NCBI GenBank assembly: GCA_965645245.1
Contig: OZ287087.1
Span: forward strand, 806,001-870,000
Length of the DNA stretch: 64,000 nt
Direction: 5' to 3'
Origin: Massalongia carnosa
Taxonomy: Eukaryota
Part shown: in pieces, positions 47,175 to 59,074 of the stretch
Position numbering within the stretch: the stretch's first letter is position 1
Layout of the letters: every line of letters starts with the position of its first letter
Program-made: the position numbers and the translations under genes
The notes under the pieces: generated by a model
The model's input: the letters and a program-made list of their open reading frames with translations, nothing else
Databases searched by the model: none
Told to the model about the DNA's origin: nothing

Positions 47175-47241
47175 CGAAATTTCAAGTAAGATTTGTAAAA
47201 AATAAAAACTAGTATTGTTTTTAAATCAATCAATCGAGATT

Positions 47242-50200
47242 TGTTGAATATCCAATTCCTACAGTCCCGTGCCAAAAGTCTGCGGCCCAACCCGTGATTT
47301 TCGTGATTTCGCGTTTTCGACTCATCAACCCCCCATCTTCCACCTCATCATTTCACCATGCTTCGTGCTTCTTGGACCCCCATAAGTGGTAATCGGCCTC
47401 GTAACAGTGAATTGACGCCATATCAACGTGGTATGATTGTTGGGGCCCAGGTGTTGGGGCATACACCGACCGAGATTGCGAAGACTCTTAATTTCACTAA
47501 ATCGACAGTGCAGAGCACCATTCAGAAGCACTCAAGTCGCAAAGACGGCGTGTCTAAATCACGTTCTGGACGGCCTGAAGTGCTGTCAGAACGCGATCGA
47601 CGTTATATTATCAACTATGCACGAATCAATCCACGAATCACTTATGCACAAATCAAACTAGAAGTGGGGCTCGGCTGCAGTCGTACGACTATTAATCGGG
47701 CACTCAAACTGTATAGTTTAACCAACTGGGTGGCTAAAAAACGACCTTTATTGACGCCTGAGGTGGCCAAGAAACGATTGGATTGGTGCTTGCTGCGGCG
47801 TGAGTGGACTTTTGAGCAGTGGTCAAGAGTTTTATGGTCAGATGAGTGCTCGGTGGAAAAGGGGTCAGGAAAACAGCGTCAGTGGGTGTTCAGATTGCCG
47901 AAAGAAAAATGGAATAAAGAGATGATACAACCTGTCCTCAAAGGCAAAGGAGTCAGTGTCATGGTCTGGGCAGCTTTTTGGGGAGATGACAGGTCAGATC
48001 TTTACAAATTGGCTCGTGATTTTGCTGCGAAGAAGATAGGGTACTCGGCGAACTCATATATGGAATTATTGAACGATAATCTGGTTGGAATTTGGCAACC
48101 GGGCCTCATTTTCATGCAGGATAACGCACCTATATATAAGGCTAAAAAGGTGATGGAATGGTTCAATGAGAACGGCATAGAGGTCATCGATTGGCCCCCC
48201 TATTCACCTGATTTAAATCCCATCGAGCACGTTTAGTATGTGCTCAAAAAGCTTGTCTATCAAGTCAACCCGAACATAGATTCGGTGATAGGCAGTGATG
48301 AAACTCTTCGTTAGGTACTTTGGAAAGCGTTAGAAGAAGCCTGGACGATGATAGATGTGAAAATCATAAGGAGGTTAATAGAGAGCATAAATAGGAGGAT
48401 AAAAGCGTGTATAGCGTCGGAAGGATGGTATACTAAATATTAAAAATCAAATTTTGGGGGAATTCTTGTTTAGTATTTATGTAATCATTATGTAAAGTCT
48501 CAAGACATTTCAGCAATCTGAAATTTTGGAGGGTGCGGGGCCGCAGACTTTTGGCCTAGTACTGTACCAGTACAATGAACACCTATCAGTACAATGAACA
48601 TAGCACCTACGGCTGCCCTAGATGGACAGGCCACCTGTGGAAATCTTAGATGCCGTATTAGGCTTAGTGCTAAGATAAGATAAGTTCACCTCGTTTAGTC
48701 GAGGGTGATCTTATCTTATCGTCAGTACAACTTCCTATACGGCATGTAGTGGTCGCATGCTTCATGCGCAGGAAGACACCCATGCGATAGTCTCAACCGG
48801 TCCAATCATGTTGTAGTGATTAGTATGACAAACGTGGCCTGATCGAGCTTAAGGCCACTGATCAATCTATTGATTACACTCCACATATTGCTATTCCATA
48901 GCGATACTCTTTCCACTGTTCTACTATTACTGTCGAGCCACATAGTCACCCTGTTCGTACTTCGCCTCAAATATTGATTAGTCTTTAAAACGACGAACGG
49001 TCCGACTACGATATGGCACCACGCGGTCCTGCTGCAGCTGCTAGAGGTAATCCCATTACCCAACCTGATGAAACTGACGATTCTTCTACAACGCGTACCT
49101 CTGGCGAGGGGAATACTAACGACCAGCGACTACCAACTATGGAGGAGATGCAACGGGAGTTGGACGAAATCAACGACCAGCGCCGAGCCCAATTGGCCAC
49201 TAACCTTGAAAAGGCCAGGGCGGAACGAGACGCTGGGTTCCCAACAGAACCTCTTTCTATGGCAATGCCTATCAGAGCAAAGGAAGTGGACCCTCTTAGT
49301 CTCGACAAGTCTTTTAAAGTTTCTGATTCTAAGCTTTACACGGGTACTAATCAAAAGGACTATGAGACCCTCATTAGTGAGTGTCGACGAACATTCGAGA
49401 CTAAACCCATCACTTATGCGACCGATAGGGCGAAGATTCTCTATGTCGAGAACTTTATTGATGAAACCCCGGCGAATGACTGGCTTCGCGAAAGACCAAC
49501 CCCAGCCCAACCCCAGATCAACCCTCCTATACGTGGGAACATATGACTCACTTTTTTACAGGAGAAACTAAAACCCAAACACCTCCGACTATTAGACATC
49601 GGCGGTCAATTAAAGTAGCTTAAACAACGTCCCGGCCAAACCGTCTTGGAGTTGGTCTCTTATCTAGAAACTCTCGAAGATCAACTACCAGAAAGGCCTT
49701 CGGATACACAATAGCATAGTAATCTCCTACATTCCCTATATGACTACTTGCAACGAGTTATTATTCGTGCGAACTCTCAAGGCAAGAATCGTGTAGAGTT
49801 GATCGAAGCCGCACGTGTGGCCGAGCGAGTGGAGCCGAAACCCGACTTCCTTCGTTCTACCTCCACTAGAACACAATCACGCTTTGAGAATGAAGAGAGT
49901 TCCTCACGGCCGTCGTATTCCCGACGATCCTCTACCTATACGAGAAGCACCACCTCTTCCAAATCCGATGAGCCCAAGAATGCTAACACGACACAGGCTG
50001 CTGTTACTCGGTCTAATTCTAAGAGACCTCGAGATGAAAATTCCGATAATTCTAGAATTACATGCTGGATTTGTAACAAGAAAGGCCACAAACGCTCCGA
50101 GTGTAGAGCACCATCTCGAAAGTTGCGAAAAGTCTAGAGCCAATCAATATAGCCTCAATCGTTTTGGCTCGTAGACAGAGAGGAGAAGCGGTAAAACATC

Positions 50201-53200
50201 TATTTACTGTGGTGACATTATACATTGACCAGGTACTCTTGCAAATACGCGCTATGATCGATTGCGGTTCTACTTGGAACTTCCTTTCTCAACTAAAGAT
50301 TAAGGGAGCCGCCTTGAGAATCCCTGTGGAGTCCCCACCGCATTCGGAGTTGAAGACACTGGATGGAACGCCTCTACAAACTTAACATAATCACACTCTA
50401 CTAGTTGGAGTCGTTGATGATAGGGGCGTAGAGGTACGAGCGGAGCAAACGATCGTGGGTGCTGACATGTTTGGCGTTGATATGATACTGGGAATGCCTT
50501 GGTTAGATCAGGCTGACCCGGTTATCCGCTGGCATGAGCGCAAATTGTTCCATGTTCGTCCATCTGAAGATGTGGACGGTCAGGCGTGTCTGTATGAGGT
50601 CTATGACCTTGAGACTGGTGAGCCTGTAGTCGAGCGGACACAAGCCCCTCGAAGAATTACTTCCAGTAGTCATCCAGATATAGCGGTAGTGGACTCACAG
50701 GGCATAAGAAGGCTGTGCGCAGCAGAGGGAATACAAGCATTTCTTCTAAATATTCAAGATCTCGACCGAACGGGAACCGTAATTGGTTCTGTGACTGAAG
50801 TACCCACTGAAATTCCTTACAAATATGCCGACTATAGTGATGTGTTCTCCAAAGAGAAAGCACATAAATAACCAGAACATGGACCTCATGATCATGCGAT
50901 TGAGACCGAAGGAATTATTCCCTTCGGGCCTGTTTATAATTTATCGCTGACAGAATTAAACGCACTGCGTGAGTATTTGGACGAGCAACTAGCTAAAGGT
51001 TACATAGTCCCAAGCAAGTCCTCGGCCGGAGCACCAATACTATTCGCGAAGAAAAAAGATGGTGGTCTGCGACTATGCGTCGATTATCGAGGTCTTAATG
51101 CAGTAACGATCAAAAACCGTTATCCACTCCCATTAATCCAAGGATTAATTGAAGTGTTGATAGGAGCGCTGATCTTTACTAAATTCGACATTCGGGACGC
51201 CTTCAACTCTATACGCATTAGAGCCGGCGACGAATGGAAGACCACGTTCAGATGCAGGTACGGTCACTTCGAATATCTAGTAATGCCTTTTGGGTTAGCG
51301 AATGCACCTGCCACGTTTCAGGCGTATATTCACGAAGCCGTAAGGGAATATCTGGATGTAATCGTAGTAGTGTATTTGGACGACATTTTGGTGTTTTCTA
51401 AAAAGATCGAAGAGCATACGAATCACGTTCGAATGGTACTCGAGAAGCTTCGGAAATATAATCTGCATGCGAAACTCTCCAAATGCCTTTTCGATAAGTC
51501 CGAGATTGAATTCTTAGGATTTATTTTGACTCCAACGGGCATAAGAATGGACCCCTCTCGCATAACGACGATAGTAAACTGGCCAGAACCCAAAAATCAT
51601 AGAGACGTACAAGTCTTCTTGGGTTTTGCGAACTTCTATAGACGATTTATAGATGGATTTTCGCGGATAGTAACTGCCCTTACTACCCTACTAAAAGGGG
51701 GGAAAAGCGGCAAGTTCGACGGCCCATTTACGTTCACAAAGGAAGCTAAGGAATCCTTCGAGAAGTTAAAACTTGCTTTCACAACTGCTCCCATGCTATT
51801 GCACTTCGACCCGAAGAGAAAAATCCAATTAGAAACGGACGCCTCAGGAGTCGCGATTTCTGCACTTATATCACAATTAGTCGAAGAAACCGGACGCTGG
51901 CATCCTATCGCCTTTTGGTCAAGGAAAATGGCCCCAGCTGAACTCAATTATGGAGTGGGCGAAACTGAGATGTTAGCGATCGTCGAAGCATGCAAGCAAT
52001 GGCGACACTATCTTGAAGGGGCAATGCATCCCATTCGTGTGATCACTGATCACTGCAACCTTCGTACGTTTCTCACCACCAAGAATTTATCGCGAAGAGA
52101 AGCGAGATGGTGGGAGAGACTCTCTAGTCTCAATCTGGTAATAGAATACCGACCAGGGCGCTATAATCCTGCGGACGGGCCTTCTAGGCGTCCAGACTAT
52201 GCTGAAAATGAACCCAACTTGTCTCATCAAGTCGGTGCAGTAGTTTCCAGAGAGGCAGGGAGGTCGCTGGGCATTCAAGGACAGAGAATCTCGAAGAAAA
52301 GTTCGAGACGAAGAAGTGGGTGGTTGCGTCGATAACCGGTATCCCTGTAACTGCTCCTAGGGGACATGTTATGGAATGGGAGCCCACTGTTGATAGCACA
52401 ATTGTGCATGGATTCATAGAACCTGAATCTGTTACCGGAACTGATGATGCATCAGGGAACTCTTCCGTTGATGAGACCGAAAGTGGTCCAAGCGCGCGTT
52501 CCTTGCTGGCTACTGAAGGGACTGAGAATGAAACTCTCGAGGTTCGTGGAGCAGTAAGAAGGGTTAAGGAGAAGAAAAAGTCTTCACCTAAACTAGACGA
52601 GGGAAGGGCCGATTCAAAGCCTATAGAGTTCCAACTCGTGGAGGCATCCGAGAAGGAGTCTCAAATTTCTCTAGAACAATTAATGGAAGTTTCAGAGAAG
52701 GACTCAGCCTTTACTGCTCCACCGCTCGAGTTACGCACCGTCCTTCTGGCACTGCAAGAGTCTGATCAACTCGCGCAGCAGAGACGGCCTCTTGCCGCCT
52801 CGCCGGCACAGTGGGAGCAACACAAGAGGGAGAGTTTGTATGGAACGCTGGAAGTCAACAAAGGTGTTCAAAGTCACTCGCAGGTCAATACCCGAGCATT
52901 TGAAGGGAAACCGTGAGGAGATAATAAGGACAAGAAAACCTTTGGCACATAGAAGACGGCCTTTTATGCAGAGACAATAAATGGTACGTACCTCCAGGCA
53001 TATTGAGAGAAGCGCTACTGCGACAAAACCATGACGACCCTAATGCGGGCCACTTTGGAGTTAGGCGGACAGTAGAGTTAAGACAGTAGAGTTAATTCAA
53101 AGAAAATACTATTGGCCTAAAATGCGAAGAGACATCAAAAGTTATGTCGAAACCTGTACTCGTTGTCATCAGGTCAAGGCTCTAAGACATAAACCTTATG

Positions 53201-53464
53201 GAGAATTGGTGTCGTTACCAGTCCCCAAAGGACCTAGACAAAATTGGACGATGGATTTTATAACCGACCTTCCGCCGAGCATTCGACGGGGGCAAGTTTA
53301 TGACTCCATTCTGGTAACGATAGACAGGTATACGAAATTCTCTCGTTATATACCCGCACGAAAGGACTGGGAAGCTGAGAACATGAGCGATGTCCTTGTC
53401 GAGGAAATATTTACCAAATTCGGTATGCCAGTATCGATCGTAACAGAGCGGAGTCTACACTCGG
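47242..53464 (+). mobile_element. 3'-truncated degenerate Ty3/Gypsy (E3) whose 5' LTR is interrupted by Tc1
   Basis: LTR start TGTTGAATATCC matches 34011; gag 49013-50137 (CWICNKKGHKRSEC, with stops); PR IDCGS; RT/RH 50977-52335 (YLDD); integrase breaks off at about 53460. Confidence 0.88.
47262..48564 (+). mobile_element. Tc1/mariner transposon, same family as 10453-11797
   Basis: TA TSDs (47260-1, 48565-6), same TIRs; transposase 47358-48443 with premature TAGs (48234, 48312). Confidence 0.95.
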
Positions 53465-55645
53465 TGTCATGGGACGACACCTATGTCAACCGGGGACCTA
53501 TGTGGAGGGGTGAAGTGGAACTTCACCCGGTCGGTGGCAAGTCAGGTGATTGATCAGGTGGGCGGGTGCTGGCGTCTTGGCGTTTCGGTTGTATGAGTCT
53601 TTTTCTCGCACTTTTCATTCACATCTTTTCATACATCTTCCGACCAGCTATCATACACACACCTTCATACGGCTAGTCAGCCATTGATAGGCCTGAAGAT
53701 TCGTTCATGCGGTGAGGCTCTGTTGATCAGCCATTTGTTTATTTGTTTCATCCTTCGATCGATCGCCACTACCCAGTTTACCCCTTCAAAATGTTTGAAA
53801 AACTCTTGCAGGCAAAATACTTCACGAAATTAGACATTATTACGGCATTCAATCGTCTTCGAGTATGCGCAGAGACTAAGCTTTTTCCACCTCCTGGACC
53901 TTCGATATCTGTGACGTTGATATCGGCGTTGATAGTGCATTTGATGATCCCTCATATAGGACAAGGGAGCGAACCGCGGTTGTCTTTCGATTCGGGCAGT
54001 CACCAATGGTACCCGGATGTTGACGTCGACAGTAGAAGCATAGCTTCCAGTCATCACAGATCTTACGGACTCCTGGATCCGTCAACTTATGGCCTCGAAC
54101 GGCGGCCATTGCTGAACTCAGATCCATGGGATCGCCGCCGGCAGCGGCGACAGGAGCAGCAGGTGTGGTGACGGCCGGGGTGATGCGTGTGGTCGTGTTG
54201 GAGGTGCTGGTCGTGGCAGGTGCGTTTCCTCGTTTATTGGTCGGAGGATTGCTGGCATTGGCAGCAGGGGTGGTGCGAGAATGGCGATGTTTTAACTGCC
54301 TCAGGTCCCAGTCGGTGTCGGACCACATCTGCACATGATCGTCAAACGTAACGGGCCTGGACCCATCGGTTTTTCGCCACGAGATTGCGGCTGCCTGTGT
54401 GGCGTAGTTGACATTTGATCGCATGACGTCGATTAGAGAGGCATCTTCCATTCCCGATCGTTCTTTCTTCTGTCTGAAGAGGTTATAGTATTCTTCGAAA
54501 CTTAGCGTACCCTGTTTGAGGGTGTCACGAAGATAGGTGCGTGCGTCTTCTTCTTCAAAGCGATTGCCACATGCCTGGCGCAATTTCATTCGCCAATCTT
54601 TTAGACTTGTCAGCGCACACAAGCCATCCGTTCTATACCTGTTCATCAAGTTGTGTGCTTTTTTTCCGATGGTAAGTCGGGATTCGGCATAAGTTATCTT
54701 TTCGTTCTCTGTAGGATAGCGGTCATGGTTCTCATGCATCCTCTGTATCAGACTCTGTTCCCATGAATCGAGACTGTCCATGTTGCCGTCGTATTCGGCA
54801 ATGTCCGGCAGCTTTTCTGACTTGGCTGGTTTGTCTGTGGAAAGGTTCTTGGACATAGCAGCTGTTACGGCGGCCACGATCGAAGTAAGGAACTCGGGAC
54901 TGAGAGAGGAAGAAGGGGAAGACGTTGAAGGTGGTGTAACGATGGTGGAGGCTTGTCGTGCTTGGGCTTCCTGTTTCAATTTTGCTATTTGGTTTTGCAA
55001 TCTCTCCATTTCCTGAAGGAATGGAAGGGGGTTGGCCTGCACGTAGGCAAGCTGTGTATCTGTGCTTTCAATGGGCTGCTCGGGCATAGGTTGTCCTTAA
55101 TCTTGGTTTGACATGACTGATTATCTATAGGCAAAAATGAAAAGAGAAAGGAAGAATAGTGCTTTGAAAAGCACAAAAAATAAAAATCGGACGTAATGTA
55201 AGGGGAGGGCTGGAGAGATACAAGACTCTATCTTGCAGAACGGATATCTAGATATGCTAAAACTAGAAGTTGAGAATAATACACAAGACGTCCGATAAAA
55301 AGCTCTAAACACCTGGGAAACCACATAGACTTTATAGCCATGGCTTTCAACTCTCCTATTCTCGACTTGCCCCATCTCTGTTCCTATACTAATTTCCTTA
55401 ACATGATTGCTTTGACCTATCCCGCCTTTATCTGTGCTGAAGCAATCTCTCTGTACTGAGCACTCTTAGTCATAAGCCTGGATAGTAGAGACGTTGAGAT
55501 TGGATACGGATTGTAGGAGATTGATAGTGCGCTGAGGGCGGCTGAAGAACGCCTGAGCACGATGGGTGAGGTTTCACAGCAATAGGCCCTGTTAAATACT
55601 AACCCGATCAGGACAAGCGGGAGAGTGCGAAGCGATTCCGTGACA
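53465..55645 (-). mobile_element. Gypsy-type element (E4): 5' LTR, intact gag, no pol, no 3' LTR seen
   Basis: LTR 55197-55645 (minus TGTCACGG...CCTTACA); self-complementary PBS ACGTCCGAT; gag 53876-55087; left boundary approximate. Confidence 0.75.
53876..55087 (-). CDS. gag: Ty3/Gypsy Gag (403 aa)
   Basis: SEKLPD...Y.G, EKITYAESRL, GGDPMDLS, LCFYC...H......C; ends KA* like E1 and E2 gag. Confidence 0.88.
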   Translation of the reverse strand: MPEQPIESTDTQLAYVQANPLPFLQEMERLQNQIAKLKQEAQARQASTIVTPPSTSSPSSSLSPEFLTSIVAAVTAAMSKNLSTDKPAKSEKLPDIAEYDGNMDSLDSWEQSLIQRMHENHDRYPTENEKITYAESRLTIGKKAHNLMNRYRTDGLCALTSLKDWRMKLRQACGNRFEEEDARTYLRDTLKQGTLSFEEYYNLFRQKKERSGMEDASLIDVMRSNVNYATQAAAISWRKTDGSRPVTFDDHVQMWSDTDWDLRQLKHRHSRTTPAANASNPPTNKRGNAPATTSTSNTTTRITPAVTTPAAPVAAAGGDPMDLSSAMAAVRGHKLTDPGVRKICDDWKLCFYCRRQHPGTIGDCPNRKTTAVRSLVLYEGSSNALSTPISTSQISKVQEVEKA

Positions 55646-56213
55646 TTGTCTTTAAAAATTTTCAAAAAGCGACGAAAATTTACTTGTTGAAAGATGTCGT
55701 TGTTTTTGTACTTCTTGTTACGGTCTACCTAGAGGCTAGTCATAGGGACGCCATAAACGAAAACAATAAAGATAAAGAGGAAAGAAAGACTAGAAAAGTC
55801 GGACTCGTTTCCTATAAAGCAACGCGCTCTCTAGTCCCCATTCAGTAAGGTTGCGAAAGAGTTTTCCGCGCTATCTCGTGACTCCTGCCGGCCGGCCGAT
55901 AGGTCCGTCTACGGTTTCCGTAGTTGCTCGATCAGGCTTAGTTCCTCAAGGCAATAGGTAGAATCGTGACAATTCTAAATCATGACTTTCTGCAATTCGC
56001 TTCAATTTTCATTCACAAATTCGATCATGAATTTGATATTTTCTTCGATAATGCTTTCACAATATCAAGAAAAATAATTGATAATTTGATTTTTTAAAAG
56101 ACGACAATTCTGACACATAAGCAAATAACGATTCAGAAAATCTGTAATATTTGCTTTTTCAAAAAAGAAGATTTTTGATGAATTCGACAAGAGCATAGTA
56201 ACATATCAACGAG
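55646..56213 (-). pseudogene. Ancient hypermutated gag-like remnant used as an insertion substrate
   Basis: Translates, across the solo LTR, as FFEKANITDFLNRY..MC....FS*YCE...*..LQKV..KYKNND..QQ...RRFL; AT-rich. Confidence 0.55.
55716..55971. mobile_element. Solo LTR
   Basis: TGTTACG...CGTGACA, TSD CTTCT/ATTCT (4 of 5). Confidence 0.75.
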
Positions 56214-56930
56214 TGTTGAAATAGGTATATGTCAAGGACTGGGTTAGGGATTGAACTAATGTTCCTAAGACTGGGATTGGGTGATCAAGATGTCTTTATT
56301 AATGAAGCTATAGCTAGGGGATGGTTTGCTATACAAGACGTCGGACGAGGAGTCAACTATCTACAGGATATGTCCTCTTTTTATACCTGAGCCAGCCCCT
56401 TCTTTCTCATGTTTTACCTTCACCCTGGATGAGAGATTTTGGTGATGGTAGCGGCGATAAGGTGGAGCGATAAGTGGGCCCGTGGATGTGATCGTTCTAG
56501 CGATAAGAGGGTATAGTGGAGTGAGGAGATTGGTGGAGTGGAGTAAGGGGTTTATTCAGACTCATACCGAGGATGAATCTGAATAGGCTTTCAGGTGGCT
56601 TTTACCTCGATCGCCGCTTGACGGTTCGGTAATCATTAGGTTTTAACTCAAACTTTATTTCATGACAGTATATGACTATAACTATATGGCTATGTAATAA
56701 TAAAGGTATGTATGACCGTGATTTTAAGTATGAAGAGTTGCTACGTAGCAATCTTTTCCTATTACTGGTCACCCCCTTCTAAGCGAGTTGATCTTATCTT
56801 ATCTTGGGACTAAGCCTAATGCGGTATCTACGGTTTCCGTAGATGATCTGTCTATTTAGGGCAGCCGTAGGTGCTATGTTTATTGTACTGATAGGAGTTC
56901 ATTGTACTAGTAGGAATTGGATATTCAACA
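56214..56930 (-). mobile_element. Solo LTR (34011 family) interrupted by another solo LTR
   Basis: Reverse complement of 34011-34282; TSD ACGAG. Confidence 0.9.
56230..56667 (-). mobile_element. Solo LTR nested in the previous one
   Basis: TGTCAAGG...CATGACA, TSD GTATA. Confidence 0.88.
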
Positions 56931-57171
56931 ACGAGGCTTCATAAATAAAAATGCCATTGTCGTCGAAGATTTCATTATAGATGACGGCGGTAACACTTTG
57001 ATAGAAATAATTTTATCAAAATGTAAAGAGATCTCAGAAATATTATTCTCGATTTTGTTTTCAAAAATCTCGAAGCGTAAATCGAAAGAGTTTTTTTATA
57101 CATAATCAACTTATTACAAAAGTTTTCACATACAATGTCTGTTTGCTTCGAAAATTATGTTATTAAAGAAA

Positions 57172-57543
57172 TGTCATGGAGTGACTGGGCACCTGCCAGT
57201 TAGTTCATTGAACCAACCTTAGCTGCTTGAACGAAGCACTAGCCGGCTAGCCGATCCGAAAGGAACTAAGCTTAATCCGGTTTAGTCAGGGCAAAGGTAA
57301 GTGTTCCGGCTGAAGGTAAGTGTTCGGACTGTCAATAGTGTCATAGCGATAGTTTCATGCCAGGGACTTGGGAAATTGGATCAACGGCTGGATTGGGACT
57401 GGTTCCGTTCGCCAGAGTCTTATACTCGCCCACGTTGGATTTTCTGTTTCTTTTCTCCTTGTCGAACGTCTTGTCCACCTAGCTAGACAATCAAGTAATA
57501 CGTTTGCACCATCTGAATTTCTACCTGACCTCGCACCGTGACA
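57172..57543 (+). mobile_element. Solo LTR
   Basis: TGTCATGG...CCGTGACA, TSD AGAAA. Confidence 0.88.
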
Positions 57544-57591
57544 AGAAATATAATAAGAAACAAAAGAATATTTTTTCGATTTTTCGATTAA

Positions 57592-58619
57592 TGTAATACG
57601 GAGGGCGCTAGAAGGATACGTGATCGCCTACGGCGCTTGCGGGATTAACTAGCATGAGCCAGGCCGTAGTACTTAGTCGCACAGCCGTCGAGGTTGACAC
57701 GACGCCACCTTGCCACACAACTCCGAATTAGTTGTTACTACGTTCTAGACTGCTTACAGATCAAACACCTGTCGAGGCCGTGGTGGTAGATTGCCATGGA
57801 GTAAGGCGAACTCTTGTGGAGAAGCCGTGAACTCTATATGGAGTCTACTGGCCTACTCGGAGCTACTCGATCTCTAGATGGATCAAGAGTTGTAGCAGGA
57901 GGCACGGCTAGCTGGACGCAGCTTGAGCTCGGCCTCCCCGGTGTAAACTTCAGCTTCTATCTTTATTGCTACGCTGGTAATGATGTCGGCTGAATGAACC
58001 TACATGACCTTGTGGTCTAGACCTTGCGTCTAGAGGCAGGTCCGCAGTGTAGATAGAGATTCAGTAGGAGGTAAGCTTCCACCGCTACGTTGGTAGTGGT
58101 GACGGCGAAATGAAGCTGCATAGCCTCGGCGTCTAGAATTTATGTTTAGAGGCAGGCTAGCAATGTAGTGAGGGATCTAGCCGGAGTTAGAAGTGTTCTA
58201 CCTTGCAAGGGAAGGTCTAGAAGGCTGCTCGAGGCTGAATAGATGATCCAGCGAACGCCGAGTTCGTAGATGGATCCTGAGGGATGGTAAGATATAAGGC
58301 GATAAGGTCAGAAGTGGGTTGCAAGGCTCCTAAGGTTCCAAGGCTCCCAAGGCTATAGGCTTGGGGTGAGTAGGATAAATACCAGAACGAATCCTGTAGT
58401 ATTCGTTAGCAATTAGTCTTTATTCTATGAACAACGCTACGTTTGGGTCTCGGACGAGATCTCTTGGTCTGAGCACTTCTATATCCATTAGTTCTTTGGA
58501 TCACATATACTCTCGGAGACCAGCACGTAGTAGCTATCTTCCACCTCTCACGCTGAGCATTTCCCCTTCCGAGATCAGTGTCGCTCGTGATTAGCTTACT
58601 GGTCTCGTTGCCCATTACA
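57592..58619. mobile_element. Large (1028 bp) solo LTR or non-coding LTR-type element
   Basis: TGTAAT...ATTACA termini, TSD ATTAA. Confidence 0.8.
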
Positions 58620-59074
58620 ATTAACGAAGATTTAATTCTTTTCGATCGATCTGTTTTGCTTTTCTGATGCTTCTTCGTTTTTTTTTGGTTGTTTGCTGTG
58701 ATGTATGCACTCGAAAGTCTTCGTTTTATTGTATTTTTTGAGTAAGAACTTTATGTCTCTAATCTTTAAAAGAAAAATTTCAAGTCATAGCAGCAAGAAG
58801 TCAAAAAGTCGAAGCGAAATAGTAATCATTTTTCGTTAATACAAGAGCGCCGTCGCACAAATCATCGTCGTCAGAATTGAAGTCTTTCAGATTTAGCTCT
58901 TCGCTAAAAATTACAATATTTCAAAAAAGAAAAAGACTTGACTTATTTACTTTTCGGATTAACTTTCAGGTTTTCCGATTGATTCTATTCAGTCTGATCG
59001 ACTTCTATCGAGAACAACAAGACTCAGACACGGCTTCGCTTTAAAACAAGAAAGAAAAACTTTACAGAGGTCTA

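Noticed and set aside
53743..54171. 142-aa + strand ORF with an RT-like peptide as a real gene
   Set aside because: Only about 25 aa are RT-derived and the rest is antisense to gag; reported instead as a captured fragment
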